Positions 1 to 9,455 of a stretch of DNA of 25,250 nucleotides are shown in pieces (position 1 is the stretch's first letter; the number at the start of each line of letters is the position of its first letter). The stretch is taken from contig CAZZKZ010000166.1 in the NCBI GenBank assembly GCA_964654915.1, positions 1 to 25,250 on the forward strand, in the 5' to 3' direction. Origin of the DNA: Candidatus Hadarchaeota archaeon. GTDB taxonomy: Archaea; Hadarchaeota; Hadarchaeia; Hadarchaeales; Hadarchaeaceae. The notes under the pieces are model-generated. The model saw nothing but the letters and a program-made list of their open reading frames with translations. It did not search any database and was not told the DNA's origin. The position numbers were made by a program, and so were the translations under genes.

Positions 1-152
1 ATGCGACCGAGGATGTAGCTCCTGGTCTCCCTCTCGCCCTCGCGTTTCAGGGAACGCATAGCTGGATAGGATAATGCGACGTCTCCTCGTACTCCTCTAC
101 CTCCTTGAGTGTGCCGTTTCAGGGAACGCATAGCTGGATAGGACAAAAAATG
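1..152. CRISPR. End of a CRISPR array, truncated by the window edge; 37-nt repeat GTTTCAGGGAACGCATAGCTGGATAGGATAATGCGAC
   Basis: Repeat tail ATGCGAC at 1-7, 36-nt spacer 8-43, full repeat 44-80, 35-nt spacer 81-115, then a degenerate repeat whose first 28 nt (116-143) are identical before diverging. Internal stem CGCAT(55-59)/ATGCG(74-78); the reverse complement ends in CTGAAAC. Confidence 0.9.
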
Positions 153-230
153 ACATGATTGATCCATCACCAACAAGGCAAGTTTTGATACCTTGGGCAA
201 GGGTGCCAATTTTGAAAGCATCGAGGGAGT

Positions 231-246
231 AGAAAAGCTTATAAGC
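231..246 (+). promoter_or_regulatory. Putative BRE/TATA promoter of carA
   Basis: AGAAAAG followed by CTTATAAGC about 20-30 nt upstream of the carA start; GCTTATAAGC (237-246) is a perfect palindrome. Confidence 0.5.
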
Positions 247-262
247 CGATTCGCGGCAAAGG

Positions 263-1375
263 ATGGAAAGGGTCTTGGTAAAGAAAGCACTCCTGGCGAT
301 AGAGGACGGCACAATTCTCAGAGGCATTGGTTTCGGCGCCTGCGGCGAGGCGATAGGCGAGATAGTTTTCAACACCTCCATGGTCGGCTACGTTGAGGCC
401 CTCACGGATCCCTCATACAAGGGCCAGATCCTGATGATGACCTATCCGCTGATAGGGAACTACGGCTACTCCCCAGAGTGGCACGAGTCCGACTCGATAA
501 AGGCCGAGGGCTTCGTCGTCCGCGAGGCCTGCAAGAAACCGAGCCATCCGAAATCCGTCATGACGATCTCGGAGTTCCTCGAGCGCGAAGGTATCCCCGG
601 GATCGAGGGAGTGGACACGAGGGCCTTAACCCTGAAGATCCGGGAGTACGGGACGATGAAGAGCGCCCTTGTCGTTTACGAGGGAAACGACGAGCCTGAC
701 CCGCAGGAGGTCCTGAGGAAGGCGAGGGAGCAGCCCCACATAACCGAGCGCGACCTCGTCCCCTTGGTCACCAGAAGGGAGAAGACCCGCATGCACGCCG
801 GCGGGGACCTCGAGGTCGTCGTGATCGACTGCGGTGCAAAGCGCAGCATACTGGAGTCGCTGCTGAGCAGGAGGGTCAACTTGACCGTTGTGCCGTTCGA
901 CACGCCGGCCGACGAGATCCTGGAGATGCGCCCGGACGGCGTTCTCATCTCGAACGGTCCCGGGGATCCGGCCAGGGTGAAGGAGACGATAGAGACGGCG
1001 AGGCGACTTCTCGGCGAGCTTCCCCTCTTCGGGATATGCCTCGGCCACCAGCTTCTGGCCATCGCCTGCGGCGCTAGGACCTTCAAGCTCAAGTTCGGTC
1101 ACAGGGGGATAAACCAGCCGGTCAAGGACCTGAAGACCGGCAGGGTCTTCATCAGCTCCCAGAACCACGGCTTCGCCGTTGACCAGAACTCGCTCGACGG
1201 CACGGGCCTGAAGGTCACTCAGCTCAACCCGAACGATTGGACCGTGGAGGGGATCGAGCACACGGAGGTCCCGATGTTCTCCGTCCAGTACCACCCGGAG
1301 GCCTCTCCCGGCCCGAACGACACGAAGTTCTTCTTCGACGAGATGGTGAGGTTCCTCAAAAGGCGGAGGGGATAG
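263..1375 (+). CDS. carA: Carbamoyl-phosphate synthase small (glutaminase) subunit
   Basis: Motifs [27 protein letters not shown], catalytic GICLGHQ and [10 protein letters not shown]. An alternative TTG start at 275 is possible. Confidence 0.97.
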   Translation: MERVLVKKALLAIEDGTILRGIGFGACGEAIGEIVFNTSMVGYVEALTDPSYKGQILMMTYPLIGNYGYSPEWHESDSIKAEGFVVREACKKPSHPKSVMTISEFLEREGIPGIEGVDTRALTLKIREYGTMKSALVVYEGNDEPDPQEVLRKAREQPHITERDLVPLVTRREKTRMHAGGDLEVVVIDCGAKRSILESLLSRRVNLTVVPFDTPADEILEMRPDGVLISNGPGDPARVKETIETARRLLGELPLFGICLGHQLLAIACGARTFKLKFGHRGINQPVKDLKTGRVFISSQNHGFAVDQNSLDGTGLKVTQLNPNDWTVEGIEHTEVPMFSVQYHPEASPGPNDTKFFFDEMVRFLKRRRG

Positions 1376-1377
1376 GT

Positions 1378-4300
1378 ATGCCGAAGAGGACGGACATAAA
1401 GAAGATACTCGTCATAGGCAGCGGTCCGATAGTCATCGGGCAAGCTGCCGAGTTCGACTACTCCGGATCCCAAGCCTGCAAGGCCCTCAGGAGTCTGGGC
1501 TACGAGGTCGTCCTGGTCAACTCGAACCCGGCGACCATAATGACGGACCCCGAGATGGCCGACAGGATCTACATCGAGCCGCTGACGCCGGAGGCCGTGG
1601 CCGAGATAATAAGGAGGGAGAAGCCCGACGCCCTCCTCCCGACTCTTGGCGGCCAGACGGGCCTGAACATCGCCGCCGAGCTGTGGGACAGGGGAGTCCT
1701 CCAGCAGGAGGGGGTCGAGCTCATCGGGGCGAAGGCGGAGGCGATAATGAAGGGGGAGGACAGGGAGCTCTTCAAGCGCTCGATGGAGAAGATAGGCCTG
1801 AAGTGCCCGGAGGGGGAGACCGTCGGGTCCGTCTCACAGGCCCTCAGCGTTGCGAGGCGGCTGGGCTACCCCGTTGTCGTGAGGCCGGCCTTCACCCTCG
1901 GCGGAACGGGGGGCGGAATAGCCTTCAACGACGAAGATCTCAGACGGATAGCCTCCCGCGGCTTGGAGCTCAGCAGGATACATCAGGTTCTGATAGACGA
2001 GGCCCTTCTCGGCTGGAAGGAGTACGAGTTCGAGGTCATGAGGGACCTCGCCGACAATGTCGTCATAATCTGCTCCATAGAGAACTTCGACCCGATGGGC
2101 ATCCACACGGGCGACTCGATAACGGTTGCCCCGGCCCAGACCCTCTCGAACCCGGAGTACCAGATCCTGAGGGACGCATCGATCGCCGTCATCAGGGAGA
2201 TCGGCGTCGAGACGGGCGGTTCGAACATCCAGTTCGCCGTCCACCCGGAGACCGGCGAGTTCAGGGTGATAGAGATAAACCCGAGGGTCTCCAGGAGCTC
2301 GGCCCTTGCCTCGAAGGCCACCGGCTTCCCGATCGCGAAGATAGCCGCCAAGCTGGCCGTCGGACTGACCCTCGACGAGATACCGAACGACATAACGAAG
2401 AAGCCCCCCGCCAGCTTCGAGCCGACGATCGACTACGTCGTCGTGAAGATCCCGAGGTGGAACTTTGAAAAGTTCCCCGGGGCCGACGACACGCTGACCA
2501 CGCAGATGAAGAGCGTCGGGGAGGTGATGGCAATCGGCAGGACCTTCGAGGAGGCCCTCCAGAAGGCGGTGAGATCTCTGGAGATGGGCAGGATGGGGAT
2601 ATGCGCCGATGGGAGACCCGCCTACAAGGACGTCGAAATGCTGAGGCAGCACCTCCACTACACGAGACCGAGGGGCGGCAACGCCAGAATCTTCATGCTG
2701 TATGACGCCCTTAAGGTGATGGACGTAGAGGAGGTTTACAGGCTAACCTACATAGACAGATGGTTCCTGGAGAAGCTCAGAAACATAGCCAGGATGGAGG
2801 AGGAACTCGGCAGGAGGACTCTGGAAACATTGGACCCGAAGATCCTCCGTGAGGCGAAGAGGCTCGGATTCTCCGACTACCAGATCGCCAGGCTCGTCGG
2901 GACGGACGAGCTGACCATCCGTAGGCTGAGGAAGAAGTGGGGAATTCTTCCCGTCTACAAGTTCGTTGACACGTGCGCGGCCGAGTTCGACGCCGAGACC
3001 CCGTACTACTACTCGACCTACGAGGACGGAGACGACGTGAAGGTGAGCAAAAGGAAGAAGGTGGTGATCCTCGGCTCCGGGCCCAACAGGGTAGGTCAGG
3101 GGATAGAGTTCGACTACTGCTGCGTCCACGCCACCCTCGCCGCGAAGGAGGAGGGCTACGAGACGGTAATGGTCAACTGCAACCCGGAGACGGTCAGCAC
3201 GGACTACGACACATCCGACAGGCTGTACTTCGAGCCCCTCACCTTCGAGGACGTCATGAACATAATTGAGAAGGAGCAGCCGGTAGGCGTCGTCCTGCAG
3301 TTCGGCGGGCAGACCCCCCTCAATCTCGCGGTCAAGTTCTCGCGTGCCGAGGTTCCCATCCTTGGCACCTCATCGGAGAGCATAGACATAGCCGAGGACA
3401 GGGGGCGCTGCACGGAGCTCCTGCGGAGGCTCGGGATTCCCCAGGCTCCATACGGATGCGCCAAGTCGCTCGATGAGGCGAAGAGGGTGGCGAGGGAGGT
3501 GGGCTATCCGGTCCTCGTCAGGCCCTCGTACGTTCTCGGCGGGAGGGCGATGCAGATAGTTCACGACGAGGCGGAGCTCGAGAGGTACTTCAGAGAGGCC
3601 GTGCTCGCCTCGCCCGAACACCCGGTTCTGATAGATAAGTTCCTGCAGGATGCGACGGAGCTTGACGTCGATGCCGTCTCGGACGGCGAAGAGGTCTTCA
3701 TCCCCGAGATAATGGAGCACGTCGAGGAGGCGGGGATACACTCCGGCGACAGCGCCTGCACCCTCCCCCCGAGGACCCTGGACGAGAAAACGAGGGAGAC
3801 GGTCAGAAGCTACGTGACGGCCATCGCCAAGGAGCTGAGGGTGATCGGGCTCGTCAACGTCCAGCTCGCGGTGAAGGACGGAACGGTCTACGTGCTGGAG
3901 ATAAACCCGAGGGCCAGCCGCACGGTTCCTTTCGTGAGCAAGGCAACGGGGATTCCCCTCGCGAAGGTCGCGATGAAGGTGATGCTGGGGAAGAAGCTGA
4001 GGGATCTCGGGATACCGAAGAGGCTCAGGCTCCACCATGTCGCCGTCAAGGAATCCGTCTTCCCGTTCACGAAGCTCCCGGGAGTCGATCCGGTTCTGGG
4101 GCCCGAAATGAAGTCGACCGGCGAGGTGATGGGGATAGACGTCGATTGGGGCGTGGCCTTCTTCAAGGCCCAACTGGCCGCGGGCAACGCGCTTCCGGTT
4201 GGCGGAACGGTCTTCATGAGCGTGAGAAGGGACGAGAAGGAGAAGATCATCCCGGTCGCAAGGAAGTTCCACGAGCTCGGATTCGAGATAGTCGCAACGG

Positions 4301-4617
4301 AAGGAACGGCCGAGGTCCTGAGGAGGACAGGGATTCCGGCGAGGGCGATCCTCAAGGTTTCCCAGGGCTCCCCGAACGTCTTGGACCTGATAAAGAGCGG
4401 CAAGGTGGACCTGATAATAAACATCCCGACGGTTGGAAGAGACCCGGCAAGGGATGGCTACCACATCCGCAGGGCCGCGATAGACTTCGGAATCCCGTAC
4501 ATCACGACGGTCGAGGCGAGCCTGGCCGCGGTCGCGGCGATAGAGCAGATGAGGAAGGGAAAGATAACGGTGCGCTCGCTCAACGAGCACCACAGCGCGG
4601 TGGAAAGGCTTGACTGA
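1378..4617 (+). CDS. carB: Carbamoyl-phosphate synthase large subunit (1079 aa)
   Basis: N-terminus [30 protein letters not shown] (ATG 1378, 2 nt after the carA stop), duplicated ATP-grasp halves (GIHTGDS, GIHSGDS) and a C-terminal MGS-like domain. The ORF-track extension back to 1237 overlaps carA and is not used. Confidence 0.98.
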   Translation: MPKRTDIKKILVIGSGPIVIGQAAEFDYSGSQACKALRSLGYEVVLVNSNPATIMTDPEMADRIYIEPLTPEAVAEIIRREKPDALLPTLGGQTGLNIAAELWDRGVLQQEGVELIGAKAEAIMKGEDRELFKRSMEKIGLKCPEGETVGSVSQALSVARRLGYPVVVRPAFTLGGTGGGIAFNDEDLRRIASRGLELSRIHQVLIDEALLGWKEYEFEVMRDLADNVVIICSIENFDPMGIHTGDSITVAPAQTLSNPEYQILRDASIAVIREIGVETGGSNIQFAVHPETGEFRVIEINPRVSRSSALASKATGFPIAKIAAKLAVGLTLDEIPNDITKKPPASFEPTIDYVVVKIPRWNFEKFPGADDTLTTQMKSVGEVMAIGRTFEEALQKAVRSLEMGRMGICADGRPAYKDVEMLRQHLHYTRPRGGNARIFMLYDALKVMDVEEVYRLTYIDRWFLEKLRNIARMEEELGRRTLETLDPKILREAKRLGFSDYQIARLVGTDELTIRRLRKKWGILPVYKFVDTCAAEFDAETPYYYSTYEDGDDVKVSKRKKVVILGSGPNRVGQGIEFDYCCVHATLAAKEEGYETVMVNCNPETVSTDYDTSDRLYFEPLTFEDVMNIIEKEQPVGVVLQFGGQTPLNLAVKFSRAEVPILGTSSESIDIAEDRGRCTELLRRLGIPQAPYGCAKSLDEAKRVAREVGYPVLVRPSYVLGGRAMQIVHDEAELERYFREAVLASPEHPVLIDKFLQDATELDVDAVSDGEEVFIPEIMEHVEEAGIHSGDSACTLPPRTLDEKTRETVRSYVTAIAKELRVIGLVNVQLAVKDGTVYVLEINPRASRTVPFVSKATGIPLAKVAMKVMLGKKLRDLGIPKRLRLHHVAVKESVFPFTKLPGVDPVLGPEMKSTGEVMGIDVDWGVAFFKAQLAAGNALPVGGTVFMSVRRDEKEKIIPVARKFHELGFEIVATEGTAEVLRRTGIPARAILKVSQGSPNVLDLIKSGKVDLIINIPTVGRDPARDGYHIRRAAIDFGIPYITTVEASLAAVAAIEQMRKGKITVRSLNEHHSAVERLD

Positions 4618-5299
4618 GTGGGTTTCTCCCGAAAGGATGAGGGAAATCGAAGCCAGGGCGGAGCAGATGGGCGTATCCCGCCTGCTTTTGATGGAGTGCG
4701 CCGGGAAGGGTGTGAGCGATTTTCTGAAGAGGAGATTCGGGAACCTTCGCGGGATGAGGGTTGCTGCGGTGTGCGGGTTGGGAAACAACGGAGGTGACGG
4801 GTTCGTCGCGGCCCGTCACTTGGCTGGCTACGGGGCCAAGGTCAGGGTCTTTCTCCTCGGAAGGAGCGACGAGATAAGGACGCCGGAGGCGAGGCGCAAC
4901 TGGGAGGTTCTTGAGCGGATGCCGGAGTCGGTCGAGCTGGTCCAGCTGCCCGACACGGGCTTCTGGGAGAAGCTCGAGGAATCTCTGGGATGGGACATCC
5001 TGGTTGACGCCATCCTTGGGACAGGGATAAAGGGAGAGCTGCGGGAGCCATTCTCCACGGTCATACGGAAGATCAACTCCAGCAGGGCCTTCAGACTCGC
5101 GGTGGACGTCCCCTCCGGTCTGGACCCGGCATCCGGCGAGGTCTGTGGGCTGGCCGTCGCGGCTGATGCGACGGTCACCATGCACAGGGCGAAGCCGGGT
5201 CTGCTCGCGAGACCGGACCTGGTCGGCGAACTGGAGGTCGTGAACATAGGGATACCTCCGGAGGCGGAAAAGTTTCCGGCACCCCGGTCGGAAAAGTAG
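4610..5299 (+). CDS. nnrE: NAD(P)H-hydrate epimerase (stand-alone YjeF N-terminal domain)
   Basis: [24 protein letters not shown] and AVDVPSG motifs; TTG start overlapping the carB end; no fused NnrD domain. Confidence 0.92.
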   Translation: MTEWVSPERMREIEARAEQMGVSRLLLMECAGKGVSDFLKRRFGNLRGMRVAAVCGLGNNGGDGFVAARHLAGYGAKVRVFLLGRSDEIRTPEARRNWEVLERMPESVELVQLPDTGFWEKLEESLGWDILVDAILGTGIKGELREPFSTVIRKINSSRAFRLAVDVPSGLDPASGEVCGLAVAADATVTMHRAKPGLLARPDLVGELEVVNIGIPPEAEKFPAPRSEK

Positions 5300-5306
5300 T
5301 TTATCA
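5291..5306 (+). promoter_or_regulatory. Putative BRE/TATA for a leaderless nreA transcript
   Basis: GAAAAG then TTTATCA (5300-5306), ending 23 nt before ATG 5330; no Shine-Dalgarno in front of that ATG. Confidence 0.35.
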
Positions 5307-5329
5307 GTGTACGGCGAGTTTTAGTTTGG

Positions 5330-6667
5330 ATGACCAACCCAAGCTGGCTTTCGGGTATCCTGCCAGAGAGGGTGTTGTCCCAGCTCTCGGTAGCCAGACC
5401 CAGATCCCACCGCAGCTACGGGTCGATCTGCCTGCTATGCAGGGGAGGCAAGCTCCTTTGCGGCAAGAGGAGCTGCCCGGTTCTCCTGAGGGCCCAGGCC
5501 CTGGCGAAGACTTCAGTCAGGATAACCTCGCCGGAGATATGCGGCTCCTCTCCTCCCGGCGTCTTCGTCGGGCGGATAGGCTACCCCAAGGTCTACGTCG
5601 GGCCAATGGTTCCTCCGGTCACCGGCGAGACCTCAGTCCTGGACACGCCGGAGCTCTGGTTCGGGAGGGACGTTCAGGAAATAGTTGACTTCAGGTTCAT
5701 GCTGGTGAGGGGAAGGGTCCCGGCGAAAGTGAGCTCGGTGGACAACAGCTTCATCAGGGAGCTGCAGGAGCTGGCGATGGTCAGAACCCCCGCGGATGTG
5801 GAGATGGTCCTGGAAAGGGTCCCCAAGATGGTTCTCACCCTGGGGAGCGACATACAGCCCTTCGGTCCGTCCGCCCCTCTGCGCGATTTCCAGCTGTCCT
5901 CGAACCCGAAAACGGACAGGAGGATAGAGAAGGCGTACAGCGACAGGGATTTGCCCGCCCATCAGGCGACCGTGGAACTCTACGAGCAGGGCGTTCTGAT
6001 CAGCAGCATCCAGAGGTCGTTCAGCCTCGGGATGTTCGGGATTGGGCGTCAGAGGAGGCTGGTTCCGACGCGGTGGAGCATAACGGCCGTTGACTCGATC
6101 ATCTCCCAGAACCTCATAGACAGGCTGAAGGAGTGCCCCACGATAGACGAGTTCAGGGTCTACAAGCTTTCCCACATGGACAACAGGTTTGCAGCCATCC
6201 TGATGCCCGAGAGCTGGAGCTTCGAGTGGATAGAGGCCTGGTTCCCGGGGACGACATGGAATCCCGAGACCGCACCCGAGCCGGCCGTCATGGGCGACCA
6301 CGAGCCCTACGAGGGGAGGACAACATACCCTGACATAGGCGGCTGCTACTACGCGTGCAGATTGGCGGTCGCGGAGGCCCTGGTTCGCGAGCGGAGGCAG
6401 GCGTCCGCCCTTGTTCTCCGCGAGATTCACCCGGGCTACCTCCTGCCCGTGGGTGTCTGGTTCGTGAGAGAGAGCGTGAGGAGGATGCTGGCGCAGCGCC
6501 CAGAGGTCTTCCACGATCTGCGGTCAGCGCTCGAGAGCGCGGTCAGTGACCTGACAATTCCTGTCAGCCGGTGGGTGGATGCCAGCTGGCTTCTAAGGCG
6601 ATCTCTCTTTCAGAAAAAGATTACGGAGTTCTGGCAGAATGGTGGAGTACTCAAGCGTGAGGTGTAG
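5330..6667 (+). CDS. nreA: Nre family archaeal DNA repair protein (PCNA-interacting)
   Basis: N-terminal CxxC..C..C cluster (CLLCRGGKLLCGKRSCP), GSSPPGVFVGRIGYPKV, LVPTRWSITAVD, GGCYYA, and a C-terminal PIP-box QKKITEFW (6611-6634). Confidence 0.9.
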   Translation: MTNPSWLSGILPERVLSQLSVARPRSHRSYGSICLLCRGGKLLCGKRSCPVLLRAQALAKTSVRITSPEICGSSPPGVFVGRIGYPKVYVGPMVPPVTGETSVLDTPELWFGRDVQEIVDFRFMLVRGRVPAKVSSVDNSFIRELQELAMVRTPADVEMVLERVPKMVLTLGSDIQPFGPSAPLRDFQLSSNPKTDRRIEKAYSDRDLPAHQATVELYEQGVLISSIQRSFSLGMFGIGRQRRLVPTRWSITAVDSIISQNLIDRLKECPTIDEFRVYKLSHMDNRFAAILMPESWSFEWIEAWFPGTTWNPETAPEPAVMGDHEPYEGRTTYPDIGGCYYACRLAVAEALVRERRQASALVLREIHPGYLLPVGVWFVRESVRRMLAQRPEVFHDLRSALESAVSDLTIPVSRWVDASWLLRRSLFQKKITEFWQNGGVLKREV

Positions 6668-7463
6668 GAGGGCGCTCTCTCCTAGCGGGCTGCCCGGGCT
6701 GGACTACGCCCTGAACCCGTACATCGGCTGCGAGCACGGATGCGCCTACTGCTACTCGCCGGCGGTTCTAAGGAGGAGGGACTACATGGAGAGGTGGGGC
6801 GAGTTTGTGATGGCGAAGGAGAACTTGGCCGAGCTGCTGGCCGAGGAAGTGAGAGGGCTGAGGCCGGGCTGCATAGGTGTGGGAACCGTTTGCGATCCCT
6901 ACCAGCCAGTCGAGAGGTCGCTCTGCCTTACGAGAGGGGCTCTCGAAGTCCTGCGCGGGAAGGGTTTCAGCGTGTGCATACAGACGAAATCCAGCCTTGT
7001 TTTGAGAGACGTGGACCTGCTCGACCGCCGGACAGACGAGGTCGGCGTCACCATAACCACAATGGACGGGGATCTCGCACGCAGGATTGAACCGAGGGCC
7101 AGTCCCCCGGACGACAGGGCCGGGGTGCTGGAGGAGCTCGCGAACCGGGGCGTGAGGAGGTGGCTTTTCCTGGGTCCGGTGATTCCAGGGGTGAACGACT
7201 CCGGCAACAGCCTGGCGGAGGTCATAGAGGTGGCAAGAAAAACCGGAAGCCAGGTCATATACGACAGGCTGAATCTGAAGCCCGGGGTCGCCGAAAGGCT
7301 CTCGTCGGTTCTGGGCAGCTCCAACTTCCTCAGCGCGCTCACCCCGGAGTGGTGGGAGAGAAAGAGCGCCGAAATAGAGAGGATGTGCAGGGAGAGGGAC
7401 GTCCGCTGTGAGCCGGCTTTCAGACATGCTCTGGGGAAGGCTTTAGAAAGGAGAGGAAGATAG
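6639..7463 (+). CDS. Radical SAM protein, spore-photoproduct-lyase-like (COG1533-type)
   Basis: [15 protein letters not shown] (CxxxCxxC), [29 protein letters not shown]; overlaps nreA by 29 nt. Confidence 0.88.
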   Translation: MVEYSSVRCRRALSPSGLPGLDYALNPYIGCEHGCAYCYSPAVLRRRDYMERWGEFVMAKENLAELLAEEVRGLRPGCIGVGTVCDPYQPVERSLCLTRGALEVLRGKGFSVCIQTKSSLVLRDVDLLDRRTDEVGVTITTMDGDLARRIEPRASPPDDRAGVLEELANRGVRRWLFLGPVIPGVNDSGNSLAEVIEVARKTGSQVIYDRLNLKPGVAERLSSVLGSSNFLSALTPEWWERKSAEIERMCRERDVRCEPAFRHALGKALERRGR

Positions 7464-7467
7464 GAAA

Positions 7468-8580
7468 GTGGGTGGTTGGCTGGGCGGCAACACGTTTGGT
7501 AAGATTTTCAGGGTGACGACCTGGGGGGAGAGCCACGGCAGGGCGGTCGGGGTCGTGGTTGATGGGGTGCCAGCGGGCCTCCCGCTCTCGGAGGAGGAAG
7601 TGCAGAGGGAGCTTGACCGGAGGCGCCCCGGCGTATCGCAGGTGGTCAGCCCCAGGAGGGAGAGGGACAGGGTTGAGATCCTCTCAGGGGTCTTCCAGGG
7701 TAGGACGACAGGAACCCCGATCTCGATGCTGGTCTGGAATGAGGATGTCGACTCCCGCCCGTACGAGGAGATAAGGATGAAGCCCAGGCCCGGGCACGCC
7801 GATCTGACCTACTGGCTAAAGTTCAGGCATGTGGACTACAGGGGCGGCGGGAGGGCCTCCGCAAGGGAAACTGTCGGGAGGGTGGCGGCCGGGGCCGTTG
7901 CTAAGAAGCTTCTGGCGACAAAGAATGTCGAGATCCTTGGGCACACGATCGAGGCCGCCGGCGTCTCGGTGAGGGGAAGACCGTCGATAGAGGAGATAAG
8001 GAAAAATGCGGAGGCGAACTCGATGAGGTGCGCGGACCCGGAGGTGGCCGAGAGGATGGTTGAGGCCGTGCTGGAGGCAGCAGCCAGGGGGGACAGCACG
8101 GGCGGAATCGTCGAGATAATCGCCCTCAACGTCCCGCCCGGCCTCGGCGAGCCGGTCTTCGACAAGCTGGACGCCGAGATCGCCCACGCAATGATGTCGA
8201 TAGGGGCCGTGAAGGCCGTGGAAATAGGGGAGGGAAAGGACTTCGCCAGAATGCTGGGCTCCGAGGCAAATGACCCGATAACGGTGAGGGACGGGAAGAT
8301 AGTCACGGCGACGAACAAGGCGGGCGGGATCCTAGGCGGAATATCAACCGGAATGCCGATAGTGGTGAGGCTGACCGTGAAGCCCCCGGCCTCGATTTCC
8401 CAGCCCCAGCGCACGGTGGACCTCGAGAAGATGGAGGAAACGGAGATAAAGCTGAGCGGGAGGTTTGACCCCAACCTCTGCCCGAGGGTGATTCCCGTGG
8501 CGGAGGCGATGATGGCGATAGTCCTGGCCGACCACATGCTGAGGTCGGGGGAGATAAATCCGAGCAGGCTGACAGCATGA
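7468..8580 (+). CDS. aroC: Chorismate synthase
   Basis: [45 protein letters not shown] and RFDP..PR..P..EAM motifs; GTG start at 7468 (CTG at 7480 is an alternative). Confidence 0.97.
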   Translation: MGGWLGGNTFGKIFRVTTWGESHGRAVGVVVDGVPAGLPLSEEEVQRELDRRRPGVSQVVSPRRERDRVEILSGVFQGRTTGTPISMLVWNEDVDSRPYEEIRMKPRPGHADLTYWLKFRHVDYRGGGRASARETVGRVAAGAVAKKLLATKNVEILGHTIEAAGVSVRGRPSIEEIRKNAEANSMRCADPEVAERMVEAVLEAAARGDSTGGIVEIIALNVPPGLGEPVFDKLDAEIAHAMMSIGAVKAVEIGEGKDFARMLGSEANDPITVRDGKIVTATNKAGGILGGISTGMPIVVRLTVKPPASISQPQRTVDLEKMEETEIKLSGRFDPNLCPRVIPVAEAMMAIVLADHMLRSGEINPSRLTA

Positions 8581-9455
8581 GCACGCTATCAGGAGTCGGA
8601 TTCGCCTGCGGGTCAGCCACGATCGTGAACGCGATGAGCACGGGTAAGGGGGCGGCCTTCGGGGTGGATCTCTGGCTGGAGGCCAGGGTCGAACTCTCGG
8701 AGAGATTCCGCGGCATAAGGGGGAGGACGGTCGGAATGAGAGAGTCGCCGAAGCTCGTTGAGACCTGCGTCAGGATGGTTCTGGAGAGGTTTGGCGCTCC
8801 GGAGCTCGGGGCGAGGATTCTCACGTATTCAGACATACCGGTGGCGGTGGGCCTGTCGAGCAGTAGCGCGGCGGCCAACGCGGCGACGGCGGCGGCCCTG
8901 ATGGCTCTCGGCAGAAGGCCGAGGCCCGAGGAGGTGCTTGAGATAGGCGTGAAGGCGGCAATGGAGGCCGGCGTGACGCTGACGGGCGCATTCGACGATG
9001 CGGCCGCTTCCCTGCTCGCCTGCGGGGTCGTGACCGACAACAGGAAGATGAAGATTCTCAGAAGGTTCGATGTGGATCCCTCGCTCAGGGTTGCGATATT
9101 CATCCCGCGGGGCGGGAAGCTGTACACGAAGTCCCTGCGGGGTGAGGATTTTTCCCAGATAGCAGGCGGAATCGAGGAGGTTCACAGGATGGCTTTGAGG
9201 GGTGATGTCTGGACCGCCATGACGCTGAACGGGATACTCTACGCCTCCGTCCTCAAGCACGACCTGGCACCGACCTTCATCGCCCTTTCCTCCGGATCGA
9301 TCGCCGCGGGTGTAACGGGGAAGGGCCCGGCCACGGTTGCCATTGGCTCTCCGGAGGCCATCTCCGCGACGGTTAAGGGCTGGAGGAGGCTCGACGGCAG
9401 AATAATTCTGACCTCCCCAGCGAAGAGGTGGGCGCTGGATGCTTTCGGAGATTGA
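8577..9455 (+). CDS. aroK: Archaeal shikimate kinase (GHMP family)
   Basis: [20 protein letters not shown] motif [34 protein letters not shown]; ATGA overlap with aroC. Confidence 0.93.
   Translation: MSTLSGVGFACGSATIVNAMSTGKGAAFGVDLWLEARVELSERFRGIRGRTVGMRESPKLVETCVRMVLERFGAPELGARILTYSDIPVAVGLSSSSAAANAATAAALMALGRRPRPEEVLEIGVKAAMEAGVTLTGAFDDAAASLLACGVVTDNRKMKILRRFDVDPSLRVAIFIPRGGKLYTKSLRGEDFSQIAGGIEEVHRMALRGDVWTAMTLNGILYASVLKHDLAPTFIALSSGSIAAGVTGKGPATVAIGSPEAISATVKGWRRLDGRIILTSPAKRWALDAFGD

Noticed and set aside
97-396. Short ORFs 97-381 (-) and 193-396 (+)
   Set aside because: They overlap the CRISPR repeat, the promoter and carA, and show no recognisable motifs.
1237-1377. 47-aa N-terminal extension of carB in the ORF track
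   Set aside because: Overlaps the carA C-terminus; the canonical CarB N-terminus begins at ATG 1378.
2641-2840. Divergent-looking carB segment ([13 protein letters not shown]) with somewhat different codon usage
   Set aside because: Falls in the variable oligomerisation domain, the frame is intact, and there are no intein, intron or repeat boundaries.
8461-8475. AroC RFDPN instead of the common RHDPC
   Set aside because: As I recall the family signature, it tolerates Phe/Ser at this position; the other motifs are intact, so there is no evidence of altered function.
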